NCBI GenBank assembly: GCA_022560375.1
Contig: JADFTK010000003.1
Span: forward strand, 1 to 46,226
Direction: 5' to 3'
Length of the DNA stretch: 46,226 bases
Origin: Patescibacteria group bacterium
Lineage (GTDB): Bacteria; Patescibacteriota; Patescibacteriia; UBA10025; JAHIVO01
This document shows, piece by piece, positions 37,375 to 46,226 of the stretch. The stretch's first letter is position 1; the number at the start of each line of letters is the position of its first letter. The position numbers and the translations under genes were made by a program. The notes below the pieces were generated by a model. The model saw only the letters and a program-made list of their open reading frames with translations, made no database searches and had not been told where the DNA came from.

Positions 37375-37661
37375 GAGGCTAGCAACCTATACACAAGTGG
37401 TGTATAAAGCCTTATTAAAAAGTGATTACAACCTTAACACTTTGTGGATAAAACACACTTAGCCAACCGACTCTATCGTCCTTAGCATATTAGGACACCC
37501 CCCACCCACAAAGTATTAACAGGGCTCCCCCTACCATATTAACAGGGGTGTTAAAAAAACACCCACTAACCCTAACAAAAGAGGGGTTTAGAAATATTTT
37601 CCACATATCCACCCCACCTATTATTATTACTTCTAATTTAAACTAAATATTTAATATATAT
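37375..37661. other. Replication origin oriC (DnaA boxes, DnaA-trios, AT-rich unwinding region)
   Basis: Perfect TGTGGATAA at 37443; near boxes at 37387, 37399, 37597, 37605; then CCCC-ACC-TATTATTATTACTTCTA and an AT-rich tract; apparent GC-skew flip. Confidence 0.85.
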
Positions 37662-38765
37662 ATGAAAATAACCTGTACACAAGAAAATCTCTCTTACGGA
37701 CTACAAGTAGTAAGCCACGTTGCTAGCAAAAACGTATCCCTTCCAATTTTAAGCAACGTATTATTGAAAGCGGAAAAGGGTGGGCTAGTTCTTATAACCA
37801 CCAATCTAGAAATTGGCCTAGTTTGCAAGGTGCGCGGGAAGGTTGAACAAGAAGGGGCGATTACGGTCCAGGCAAAAACCCTAAGCGATTATGTAAGTCT
37901 ACTTCCTAAAGAAAATATAGAATTAGAGATCAAAGACCAGGCACTAAGCGTCCGTTCCAGTAAGTCAAAAACAAACATGAAGGGAATGGAGGCTACGGAG
38001 TTTCCTTTAATCCCGGAGGTGGAGTCAAAAAGCAAACATTTTATTAAAGCTAAAGATCTTAAGGAAGCACTAACGGCTGTTGTGTTTGCGGTAGCTTTTG
38101 ACGAAACACGCCCTGAAATAAGTGGGGTGTATTTTAATTTTGATAAAGATATTTTAACTCTAGTTTCTACAGACAGCTATCGCTTAGCTGAAAAAAAAGC
38201 GTCCTTAACCAAGCCTAGCGAAAAAAAGAGCAGTGTTATTGTTCCCATCCGTACCACCCAAGAATTAATAAGAATACTTGGTGAGGAAAATGACGAAGTG
38301 GTGGTGTCGGGCAATGAAAACCAAATAGTTTTTTCTCTTGGTGATATTAAATTAACCTCTAGGGTGATTGAGGGGCAGTACCCGGATTATCAACAAATAA
38401 TCCCTACTGAACACAAAACAAGAATTTTAGTAAATACTAACGAATTTATCAACACTATAAAAAGGGCTAGTTTATTCTGTAAGCCAGGTAGTAATGACAT
38501 TGAATTGAAATTCAATCAGGCGGCTGGGGAAATTGAGGTTACTGCCGCAAACTTACAGGTTGGTGAAAGCGAGGCCCGCCAAGAAGCTAAAATTGAAGGG
38601 GTAGATAATGATATAGTTCTCAACTACAGATTTTTATTGGATGGGCTACAAAATATTAATGACGAAAATTGTTCGCTAGATATAAATACCAATAGCAACC
38701 CCGGGTTATTAAAACCAATAAAGGGAGAAGACTACCGTTATATAATAATGCCCATCAAGCAATAG
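37662..38765 (+). CDS. dnaN: DNA polymerase III beta sliding clamp
   Basis: LPILSNVLL, TNLEIG, RPEISGV, STDSYRLAE, SRVIEGQYPDY, YIIMPI. Confidence 0.97.
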   Translation: MKITCTQENLSYGLQVVSHVASKNVSLPILSNVLLKAEKGGLVLITTNLEIGLVCKVRGKVEQEGAITVQAKTLSDYVSLLPKENIELEIKDQALSVRSSKSKTNMKGMEATEFPLIPEVESKSKHFIKAKDLKEALTAVVFAVAFDETRPEISGVYFNFDKDILTLVSTDSYRLAEKKASLTKPSEKKSSVIVPIRTTQELIRILGEENDEVVVSGNENQIVFSLGDIKLTSRVIEGQYPDYQQIIPTEHKTRILVNTNEFINTIKRASLFCKPGSNDIELKFNQAAGEIEVTAANLQVGESEARQEAKIEGVDNDIVLNYRFLLDGLQNINDENCSLDINTNSNPGLLKPIKGEDYRYIIMPIKQ

Positions 38766-38820
38766 TAAAATTGATATTAAAGAGCGGGCCAGCCAAAGCC
38801 TGTTTTTTAAATTTATTTAT

Positions 38821-41433
38821 TTAGGTACCAGTGGAATTTGTATTTGAGGAGGCTGAGGGTATTAAGTAATTAATAGAAATTGTTTCTGGGGTTATATTTC
38901 TGACATTATCATACGCCTCGGCTGTTAAATCATGGAAGCCAACTTTAATTTTATCTAGATCATATTTCAAAGTATAGGGCGCTTTGGTGATGGTGGCTAT
39001 TTCCTTACCATCTAAATAGTAAACTACTTTGGTAATAGACCTGGTAGAGGTAACAGACACTTTAGCCGTAAGAGTGCCATTGCTTACCGTGTCGCCGTTT
39101 TCCAGTGAGGTGAATTTGATAATGGGCCTGTTTTCTTTGGCTCGCAGATCGCACTCTTCTTCAGGAGGTAGGGTTTCTAAAAATTCTTTATCGGCTGCCC
39201 AGCGCCTGACTGGCTCTTCCCAGCGTTCGTACTGAGGGTCTATGGTAGGATCGGCGGGCTCCGATCCCTCGGGGGCATCCTTATTAATATAGTGTAATAT
39301 ATTATGAGCCACACTAAATGTTTTCTCTTCTATGTAGGCGGCTGGGTAAGTATCGGCACAAGAGCTAGGAATACGTTTTTGAGTTACCACATCTACTTTT
39401 ATAATCGCACCGCCCTCCGCTCCCCCTTGTAAGATTAATTTTGTGGAGTTATTTGGTGTAGGAGATTTAAATGGTTCGACGGGTCCGCCGACTGTGCGCT
39501 TCATAAATTCTTGCCAAATAGGCGCCGCTACAACCGACCCAGCTGCCCCACGCTTCATTTCCGAATTATCATTATTGCCCACCCAAACTCCGGTAGCAAA
39601 GGAGGGTGTGTAGCCGAGAGTCCAGGCGTCACGGTAATCGTTGGTAGTGCCTGTTTTGGCGGCTACAGGGCGACCGGGGATAGTGAGCCTACCGCCCGCG
39701 CCAAACACATAAGCTCTAGCACTATCATCCGACAGGATATCATTTAATAGTCGAGCCGTATCTTTGTCAAATACTTGTTCTGACCGGTCCTCATATTTTT
39801 CCAGCACTTTACCTCGACTATCCTCCACTCTTAGTATGCCAGTGACGGGATGACGTTCGCCTTCACGGGCCATGGTAGCAAAGGCAGAGGTATGCTCTAG
39901 GAGGGTTACCTCCCCACCCCCTAAAACAAGTGATAAGCCAAACCGACTACGATCTCCTAAAGTAGTGTAGCCTAGCGCCTGGGCCGTATCTAAAACGTTA
40001 TCAATCCCAGCCAGATATAGCGTTTTTACTGCTGGGATGTTGAGAGAGCCAGCCAAAGCCTTACGCATCGAGACTGGTCCGCGCTCTGATAAGTCATAAT
40101 TCTTTGGCTCGTAGTCTTGGGTATCAGTTTTGAAATTGGTAACTAAGTCAAATATAGTAGTTTCAGGAGTATAGCCCCGGCTAAAAGCGGTGGCATAAAC
40201 TATAGGTTTGAAAGAGGACCCTGGTTGGCGTGGCCGAAGTACCACGTTAACATTACCATCTATATCCTCGTCAAAGTAATCTTTAGAGCCAACCATGGCT
40301 AGGATTTGTCCCGTTTTGGTGTCTAGGCTTATCAGGGCGGCGTTGCTGGCCCCGTAGCGCTCGGCATTGATTTTAGCTTGCTCAGTAATTACTTCCTCGG
40401 CGATGCGTTGCTTGTCTATATTCAAAGTGGTAATAACTTTTAAGCCGCCTTGTTCGACCATTTTTTCACCATATTTATTTGCCAGTTGATCGCGTACATA
40501 AAATACAAAATGCGGAGCTGTAATATTTTCGCGTTTGGGCTGTATCTTTGCCAGGACATCAATTTTTTTAGCTGCGGCACCCTCCTCGGCGGTGATATAA
40601 CCCTCGGCCACCATTAAATTTATGGCGGTTTTTTGGCGGGCAATTAGTTCCTCCGTATTACTTCCATAAGGTGAATAGTATGAGGGCAGTTGGGGCAGTG
40701 AGGCAAGTAGGGCTGCTTCATCAAGCGATAGATCTTTTGATGACACACCAAAGAATGTTTGGGCTGCTGATTCTATGCCGTACGAAGTTGAACCATAAGG
40801 AATTTCATTGAGATAAAGCTTTAGAATTTGGTCTTTGGTGAATTTTTTTTCGATCTGATAAGCTAATACTAGCTCCTTAACCTTTCGGGAATAGGAGCGT
40901 TCTGAGGTAAGTATGGAATTTTTTACAAATTGCTGGGTAATGGTAGAGCCGCCACGCCGGGGACAGAGGCCGCCTAAGTTTCCAAACGCCTCGTGGCAGG
41001 CTGACTTAGCAATGCCAGTCAGAGAATAGCCGCTATGGCTGTAAAAGTTTTTGTCCTCGAGAGTAATAGTGGCCCATTTAGCGTAGTCAGGGATGTCCTC
41101 CAGATTCACCAGCGTGCGTTTTTCATCGCCATGAATTTCGTAGAGGAGGGTAGTTTCGTCACGGGCATAAATTTTAGTACTCTGGGCGATAGTACGATCG
41201 ATTATTTTATCCGGATCCGGTAAGTCTCTAGAAAGCCAGGCAAAAATCCCCACTCCAGCCATAACAAAAATAACCATAAGCATGGCTAGAATTGGCACCC
41301 AATTTTTTAGCAGCTTTCTTATAAAAGATAACTTTCCATTTCTATTAGGTGGGCTATTCATTCTGGCCTGATTCATCCTTTGTCCTATTTTACGGATGCG
41401 AAAGCTTGGTTTGTTTAGTTGGGGGATAGGCAT
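38821..41433 (-). CDS. Class A penicillin-binding protein (PBP1A family) with C-terminal Ig-like domain
   Basis: EDKNFY.H, GGSTITQQFVKN, RKVKE, YLNEIPYG; SSFK, SLN, KTGT. Confidence 0.95.
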   Translation of the reverse strand: MPIPQLNKPSFRIRKIGQRMNQARMNSPPNRNGKLSFIRKLLKNWVPILAMLMVIFVMAGVGIFAWLSRDLPDPDKIIDRTIAQSTKIYARDETTLLYEIHGDEKRTLVNLEDIPDYAKWATITLEDKNFYSHSGYSLTGIAKSACHEAFGNLGGLCPRRGGSTITQQFVKNSILTSERSYSRKVKELVLAYQIEKKFTKDQILKLYLNEIPYGSTSYGIESAAQTFFGVSSKDLSLDEAALLASLPQLPSYYSPYGSNTEELIARQKTAINLMVAEGYITAEEGAAAKKIDVLAKIQPKRENITAPHFVFYVRDQLANKYGEKMVEQGGLKVITTLNIDKQRIAEEVITEQAKINAERYGASNAALISLDTKTGQILAMVGSKDYFDEDIDGNVNVVLRPRQPGSSFKPIVYATAFSRGYTPETTIFDLVTNFKTDTQDYEPKNYDLSERGPVSMRKALAGSLNIPAVKTLYLAGIDNVLDTAQALGYTTLGDRSRFGLSLVLGGGEVTLLEHTSAFATMAREGERHPVTGILRVEDSRGKVLEKYEDRSEQVFDKDTARLLNDILSDDSARAYVFGAGGRLTIPGRPVAAKTGTTNDYRDAWTLGYTPSFATGVWVGNNDNSEMKRGAAGSVVAAPIWQEFMKRTVGGPVEPFKSPTPNNSTKLILQGGAEGGAIIKVDVVTQKRIPSSCADTYPAAYIEEKTFSVAHNILHYINKDAPEGSEPADPTIDPQYERWEEPVRRWAADKEFLETLPPEEECDLRAKENRPIIKFTSLENGDTVSNGTLTAKVSVTSTRSITKVVYYLDGKEIATITKAPYTLKYDLDKIKVGFHDLTAEAYDNVRNITPETISINYLIPSASSNTNSTGT

Positions 41434-41437
41434 GGTA

Positions 41438-42307
41438 CTACACCTTTTTTGAGTTAGTAATTAGCGCCGCGCCAATAACCCCGGCGTTATAATTAAGATG
41501 TGAACGAACTATTATGGTCTTTTTTAGCTCGTTGAATAATAGGTTTTGTTTAGCTTGCCGTAAAGCCGGAATGATTAGAGGTGAGACCACTGACAGTCCC
41601 CCGCTAATTATAATAATATGGGGGCTATATGAGTAGAGGGCATTTTTTAATCCTATAGCTAGCCATTTTGACATCTCAGTTAATACGGATTTTGCTATTT
41701 TATTACCTGATTTGGCCAGAGCCACAATGGCATGAGAGGATATTTTTTGGCTAGTACGTTTATAATAATTTTTAATCATAGCTGGACCAGAAACTAAATC
41801 TTCAAAGGTAGAATTATCAGAAATCATGGTATGGCCAAATTCCGTAGCATTGTAACCACCATGAAAGATTTTTTTGTTTATAACGAGCCCAGCTCCAACT
41901 CCCGTGCCAAGAGTAATGCTAAGTACCGCCTTATAATTTTTACCAAGACCAATCACAGCTTCGGCTAAAGCTATACAGTTAGCATCGTTATCTATCGAGA
42001 CGGGCACCTTAAATTTTTTAGTTAGTATTGACTTGAGGGGTACATTTTTCCAATTTTTGGGCAGATTAGGGCTACTCGCCACAATGCCTTTATCGGGGTT
42101 TACTAATCCAGTGATGCCGACGCCAATACTGCTCACCTGGTTTGAGAAGAGGGGTTTAATACTCTTAATAATACTCTCCAGTGCCTCCTTTTTGGTTTTT
42201 CTATGAATGGCCACCTGCTCACTGCGGATTATTTTGTTGTTGGTGTCGACTAAGCCAACTTGTATTTTAGTGCCGCCGACGTCCAAGCCAAGTTTATATT
42301 TTTTCAT
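41438..42307 (-). CDS. ROK family sugar kinase
   Basis: GLDVGGTKI, DNDANCIALAE, TLGTGVGAG, EFGH, AGVIGAA. Confidence 0.9.
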   Translation of the reverse strand: MKKYKLGLDVGGTKIQVGLVDTNNKIIRSEQVAIHRKTKKEALESIIKSIKPLFSNQVSSIGVGITGLVNPDKGIVASSPNLPKNWKNVPLKSILTKKFKVPVSIDNDANCIALAEAVIGLGKNYKAVLSITLGTGVGAGLVINKKIFHGGYNATEFGHTMISDNSTFEDLVSGPAMIKNYYKRTSQKISSHAIVALAKSGNKIAKSVLTEMSKWLAIGLKNALYSYSPHIIIISGGLSVVSPLIIPALRQAKQNLLFNELKKTIIVRSHLNYNAGVIGAALITNSKKV

Positions 42308-42390
42308 GCACCTTAGGTAGTAAATTAGCCTTTTTATTATATCAGAGATGGGCTATACTATAAATAAGATTCGCGGAAACTTTAGCGTTT

Positions 42391-43590
42391 ATGATTAAAA
42401 AAGAGAAAATTGAAGAGCTGATTGACCGTGGCACCGAGCAAATAATCGTAAAAAGTAGTCTAGCAAAAAAACTGTCTTCAGGCAAGCCGCTGAGAGTGAA
42501 GCTAGGGGTGGACCCAACTGCTCCGCGTTTGCATTTGGGGCATACGGTAGTCCTCAGGAAATTACGTCAGTTCCAAGAGCTGGGCCACCAAGTAATATTT
42601 TTAATTGGTGATTTTACCGCACGGATCGGCGATCCCTCTGATCGACTGGCCGCCAGAAAGCCACTAACCGATAAAGAAATTCAAGAGAATATAAAGACAT
42701 ATAAGCAGCAAGTGGGGAAGGTGTTGGATCTGACTAAAGTTGAGATAAGGAATAATTCTGAATGGCACAGCAATATGGATTTTGCTGAGCTATTCCAATT
42801 AACCAGTTATTTTACTGTGAATCAAATGCTGGAGCGGGATATGTATAAGGAAAGAATGAAAAAAAAGAAACCTCTCTGGATCCATGAATTCCTTTACCCC
42901 ATTTTACAGGGTTACGATTCAGTGGCTCTACAGGCGGATGTAGAGCTGGGAGGGACAGACCAAACATTTAATTTGCTGGCCGCCCGTGATATTCAACCTC
43001 ACTACCATCAGCCACCTCAAGATATTTTGACTGTTCCTTTAATTGAGGGTACTGATGGTAAGGATAAGATGAGCAAAAGTGTGGGTAATACTATTGACCT
43101 GCAAGACACGCCCAAGGACATGTATGGCAAGACTATGTCCATCCCCGATAAGCTGATTATAAAATATTTTACCCTATTGACTGATGTGCCGCTGAGCTCT
43201 ATCAAAGAATATGAAAAAGCCATGAGTGGAGGCGCTAACCCAAAAGATTATAAAGCAAAATTGGCTCAAGAGCTGGTGAAGATGTACCATGGCAATAGTC
43301 AGGCTATAACCGCTGCCAAAGAATTTAACAGCCTGTTTAAGGAGAATAAAATTCCCTCAGACATTCCTGAATACAAAATTCAAAAAGAGGAAACTGTAAC
43401 CTTACTCGATATTGTGGCTAATACTAAGCTGGCCACCTCGAGGGGTGAAGCCAGGCGTTTGATCGAGCAAGGGGCGGTACAAGTGGACGGCCAGCAAATC
43501 AAAGGCTGGAAAAGTAAGATTCAGGTAAAAAATGGCCTAGTAATTAAAGTTGGTAAACGTAAGTTTATAAAATTAGTTATAAAAAAATGA
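42391..43590 (+). CDS. tyrS: Tyrosine--tRNA ligase
   Basis: GVDPTAPRLHLGH, YPILQGYDS, ELGGTDQTFN, KMSKS, C-terminal S4 domain. Confidence 0.97.
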   Translation: MIKKEKIEELIDRGTEQIIVKSSLAKKLSSGKPLRVKLGVDPTAPRLHLGHTVVLRKLRQFQELGHQVIFLIGDFTARIGDPSDRLAARKPLTDKEIQENIKTYKQQVGKVLDLTKVEIRNNSEWHSNMDFAELFQLTSYFTVNQMLERDMYKERMKKKKPLWIHEFLYPILQGYDSVALQADVELGGTDQTFNLLAARDIQPHYHQPPQDILTVPLIEGTDGKDKMSKSVGNTIDLQDTPKDMYGKTMSIPDKLIIKYFTLLTDVPLSSIKEYEKAMSGGANPKDYKAKLAQELVKMYHGNSQAITAAKEFNSLFKENKIPSDIPEYKIQKEETVTLLDIVANTKLATSRGEARRLIEQGAVQVDGQQIKGWKSKIQVKNGLVIKVGKRKFIKLVIKK

Positions 43591-43602
43591 GGCGTCATAC
43601 CA

Positions 43603-43704
43603 ATGGCACAAGATACTGAAGATAAATCGGAACACCAATGTTGTCCACACTGCGACCACAAGAGCAGTGATGATCCCAGTGCGTGCTGTAACTGTGAGTG
43701 TTAG
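43603..43704 (+). CDS. 33-aa Cys/His-rich metallothionein-like peptide (not in ORF track)
   Basis: MAQDTEDKSEHQCCPHCDHKSSDDPSACCNCEC; 7 Cys and 3 His; lies between the tyrS stop and the terminator. Confidence 0.6.
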   Translation: MAQDTEDKSEHQCCPHCDHKSSDDPSACCNCEC

Positions 43705-43722
43705 CTAACAAATTATATCTGA

Positions 43723-43756
43723 CAAAAAACAGGTCTAATTATACGGCCTGTTTTTT
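43723..43756 (+). terminator. Intrinsic terminator
   Basis: AAAAAACAGGTC...GGCCTGTTTTTT. Confidence 0.75.
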
Positions 43757-43837
43757 AGTAAACTGTGGGTAGGTTTTAAGTGATTTTAGGTATATGGTAG
43801 ACTTAGTTAAGGAAGTTAAGTTATTAAGGATGTAGAT

Positions 43838-44641
43838 ATGGAAGAAGGTGTTAATAATACAGAAAAAATGGAGGGGATGTGTGAACATGGAAATTTTGTG
43901 GCTAGCTGTGTTCAATGCAATAAAGTTGATGCTGAGCAGAAACCAGATAGTCTTGATTCAAAAGAATCGGAAAAGCGTCCGGAAAAACTTTATCGAGCTT
44001 TCACGGTTCATCCGGATGAACTTACAGTTGATCGATTACGGGAAAAATTAGTACCAGGTGTCGTGAATAAAGATGATCCTACAAAAATAAATGATGGTAA
44101 TGAGCTAGGCGTTTATATGTCTACTAATTCCAGAATGGTTGAAACCGCGTATGCTAGGGGGGGCGGTGGAGGCACTAGTCATGTTGATGTACCAAAGTAT
44201 GATGATCGGGGAGCATATAGCACTAGAGTGAATTTGCCCAATGTAGCTATTATGCTTGAAGTTGATACCCAGGGGTTGGATATTAGAAAACCGGTGATTA
44301 CGGACTACTTGAAATTGGTTGAAAATAACGGGTTTGAGGGTGCTGAGTGGATAGCCGATGATATAAAAGAGCAGTTTTATAGAGTGCAGAAATTAATATT
44401 ATCCCGTTGGGCTAATGATAAGGAGAAATTTGTAGTCACTTTAGATGATGATAGTGATGAGGCCTTGCAAATAGCTATTGATACTGTTCAAGAAGAATTT
44501 GCAAAACGCAAAGCCGAAGCGGAGGAATTTGGGAGAATGTTGGAAGCTTTGAGTGAAAATCAGAGAATGACAGATTATGGAGTGAAGATTGGTTGGGAAA
44601 AATGGAAGACAGAAAAAGTGGAAAATAGTGATAAAAAATAA
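43838..44641 (+). CDS. Hypothetical protein; N-terminal CEH...CxxC motif and putative ADP-ribosyltransferase-like domain
   Basis: MCEHGNFVASCVQC; LYR...GVYMSTN...FEGAEW spacing resembles the R-S-E ART motif. Confidence 0.55.
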   Translation: MEEGVNNTEKMEGMCEHGNFVASCVQCNKVDAEQKPDSLDSKESEKRPEKLYRAFTVHPDELTVDRLREKLVPGVVNKDDPTKINDGNELGVYMSTNSRMVETAYARGGGGGTSHVDVPKYDDRGAYSTRVNLPNVAIMLEVDTQGLDIRKPVITDYLKLVENNGFEGAEWIADDIKEQFYRVQKLILSRWANDKEKFVVTLDDDSDEALQIAIDTVQEEFAKRKAEAEEFGRMLEALSENQRMTDYGVKIGWEKWKTEKVENSDKK

Positions 44642-44649
44642 TTAAGTTG

Positions 44650-44681
44650 AAAAACACCTCCCAATAAATAGGAGATGTTTT
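44650..44681. terminator. Bidirectional terminator
   Basis: AAAACACCTCC...GGAGATGTTTT between convergent genes. Confidence 0.65.
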
Positions 44682-44687
44682 GCACTA

Positions 44688-45300
44688 TTAATTTTTTATT
44701 ACCCACCAGCCTACTTCATCCATATAACTGACAGGAAATTGATGGCCTAGATTTGGGATGATGACGTATTCCGTGTTTATTTTATTTACATATGAATAGA
44801 CACGTTCATCTGGTCGCACTAAATCATAATCTAGTGCAAAATTATCTTGCGCCCCGATAATCGTCAATATCGGCGTGGTTTGATTTTGATCATTTAAATC
44901 ATAATCACTACAGTATGCGCCCATTGGAATTATTCCATCTACATATTTTTGGTTGCTGAGGCCGCGCTCACAACTAGCATATCCGCCGCTCGAGAAACCG
45001 GTCAAATAAATTTTTCCTACACCTAATTTCTCCCTGGCATCTATATTAAACTGAGTTATCAGCTCGCCAGTCCAATTTTCAATACCGGCGAGCGCAAAAC
45101 CATGTATGTCCGCCTGCTCTTGCCAGTAAGTAATATATGGCAGATAACTTCCATCCGGCTGGATCACTAACACCATTCTTTTAATAGAGACATCTTCATA
45201 ATTTTCGGGGTAATAAATTTGGTAAAATCCACGGTCAGTCATTGATATCGGCTTTGGGGCTGTGCTAATGTCTACTTTTCCAATTTCATTGGTAATGGGA
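44688..45300 (-). pseudogene. Alpha/beta hydrolase, probably 5'-truncated
   Basis: IYLTGFSSGG nucleophile elbow, GAQD, GHQFP. The frame stays open upstream of Met 45242 to a stop at ~45312, where composition changes. Confidence 0.55.
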
Positions 45301-45965
45301 TGAAAGCGAACTCACTCCTTGTCAGCCCGTCGGTCCTCCCCGAGAGTTACCGTGAGTCATACGAGAAGTTAGAGTTACGCCAGGGAGTAGCTGCTCTTCA
45401 GGAAATCCACCGGTCCGATGGCTATAAGTGGGGGTGGCCAGCAGATGTAGTCGCCAGCGTTTCAAAAAATGTGTACGTCGGAATGTCCATGCTCAGCGCA
45501 TGGAAAGTGATACCAAATTCTCAAGTTGCAGGCGTAATCGACGCGGTCAGAAATCGTCTACTAAACATTCTATTAGAACTTCGAGAACATCATCCGGAGG
45601 TACTAACGGCGGAGGGAAATCTTCAGCCAATCCCGAAAGATGCAATCAGGATGCTCGTCATAAATAATATTTATGGTGTGCAAAACGTGGTAGAGCCTGG
45701 TGGGATTGTAAACCAACAAATCTACCAGAGGGTGCGAACTGGGGACCTTGATTCGCTGACGGCAGTATTAAAGGAGTTGTCTCTTTCCAACGAACTGCTC
45801 GCCGATCTTTCTTCGGCGATATCTGAAGACGAGGACGTGCGTGGAAAAGGAATTGGTCCAAAAATATCAAGCTGGCTGGGCCGAATTGCAGAAAGTGCAT
45901 CAACTTCTATTGTGACAATAGCAACTCAAGCGATCTTGCGATTTTACGGACTATCAGGGGACTGA
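45300..45965 (+). CDS. AbiTii-like protein, likely N-terminally truncated
   Basis: LPE..RE......LRQGVA.L...SAW..I....V.GVIDAVRNRLL..LLEL, then ..GD..SL...L...G..I..WL resembles the AbiTii C-terminal part; recognised from memory, not searched. Confidence 0.5.
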   Translation: MKANSLLVSPSVLPESYRESYEKLELRQGVAALQEIHRSDGYKWGWPADVVASVSKNVYVGMSMLSAWKVIPNSQVAGVIDAVRNRLLNILLELREHHPEVLTAEGNLQPIPKDAIRMLVINNIYGVQNVVEPGGIVNQQIYQRVRTGDLDSLTAVLKELSLSNELLADLSSAISEDEDVRGKGIGPKISSWLGRIAESASTSIVTIATQAILRFYGLSGD

Positions 45966-46226
45966 TCTCTTTGGGCCGCTACAGCAGCAGTCTGATTGAT
46001 CGTAGTTAGGTGCACACTGCGGGACCAAACCTTACTGAGCCGCTGGCGGACTCACTGCTGGCGGCCTTCTACGTGAACCAACCCACACCAGCCCAATAAT
46101 ACCCAACAAAAGCCGCTACAGCGCTTCCTGAGACCCCAGCCCGCCCTGCGCCGCCAGCCCCGCAGCCAAATAGAAACTCACAATCATCGCCCCACCGCTG
46201 GCAGTCACCCCGGCAGCGCCCCTCCA

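Noticed and set aside
41438-42307. ROK protein lacking the CxCGxxGC zinc motif
   Set aside because: Zinc-free ROK kinases are known, so this is unremarkable
678-45903. Many 60-136 aa ORFs antisense to or nested in long genes (e.g. 678-1007, 2825-3151, 5243-5539, 10044-10454, 26283-26609, 36951-37274)
   Set aside because: Shadow frames of well-supported genes with no motifs or start signals
1-46226. CRISPR array, integrase, transposase or prophage
   Set aside because: No regularly spaced repeats and no recombinase, transposase or virion genes recognised

Overview
A 46 kb stretch of a low-GC bacterial chromosome that looks like Patescibacteria/CPR (inferred from gene content, mostly SD-less starts and the families present). 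It spans the replication origin: rpmH-rnpA-yidD-yidC, divergent dnaA, an oriC with DnaA boxes and DnaA-trios, and dnaN, with an apparent GC-skew flip. Housekeeping genes include valS, tyrS, tsaD, tsaE, ruvB, PBP1A, a PilB/GspE ATPase, Hsp20 and tRNA-Glu. There is a surface-glycan cluster (Wzx, GT4, two O-antigen-ligase-like genes) and a stand-alone large fused purL. The most unusual signals are outside the supplied ORF track. (1) A ~200-nt rod-shaped RNA (19841-20044, 6S-like) lies downstream of a canonical promoter and upstream of two unannotated single-TM micropeptides and a membrane protein. (2) A ~245-nt leader with mutually exclusive pairings precedes a SpoIID/LytB gene. (3) tRNA-Glu is flanked by copies of its own 5' and 3' ends, enclosing a mini GIY-YIG nuclease and REP-like hairpins. 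(4) A Cys/His-rich 33-aa metallothionein-like peptide follows tyrS. Also noted: a putative R-S-E ADP-ribosyltransferase, a 44-aa tandem-repeat protein, several enzymes with altered catalytic motifs (Cys-to-Ser sortase, His-less MsrQ, DHN instead of DHH), and an abrupt junction near 45300 into a GC-richer AbiTii-like fragment. All calls were made by eye; no searches or folding programs were run.
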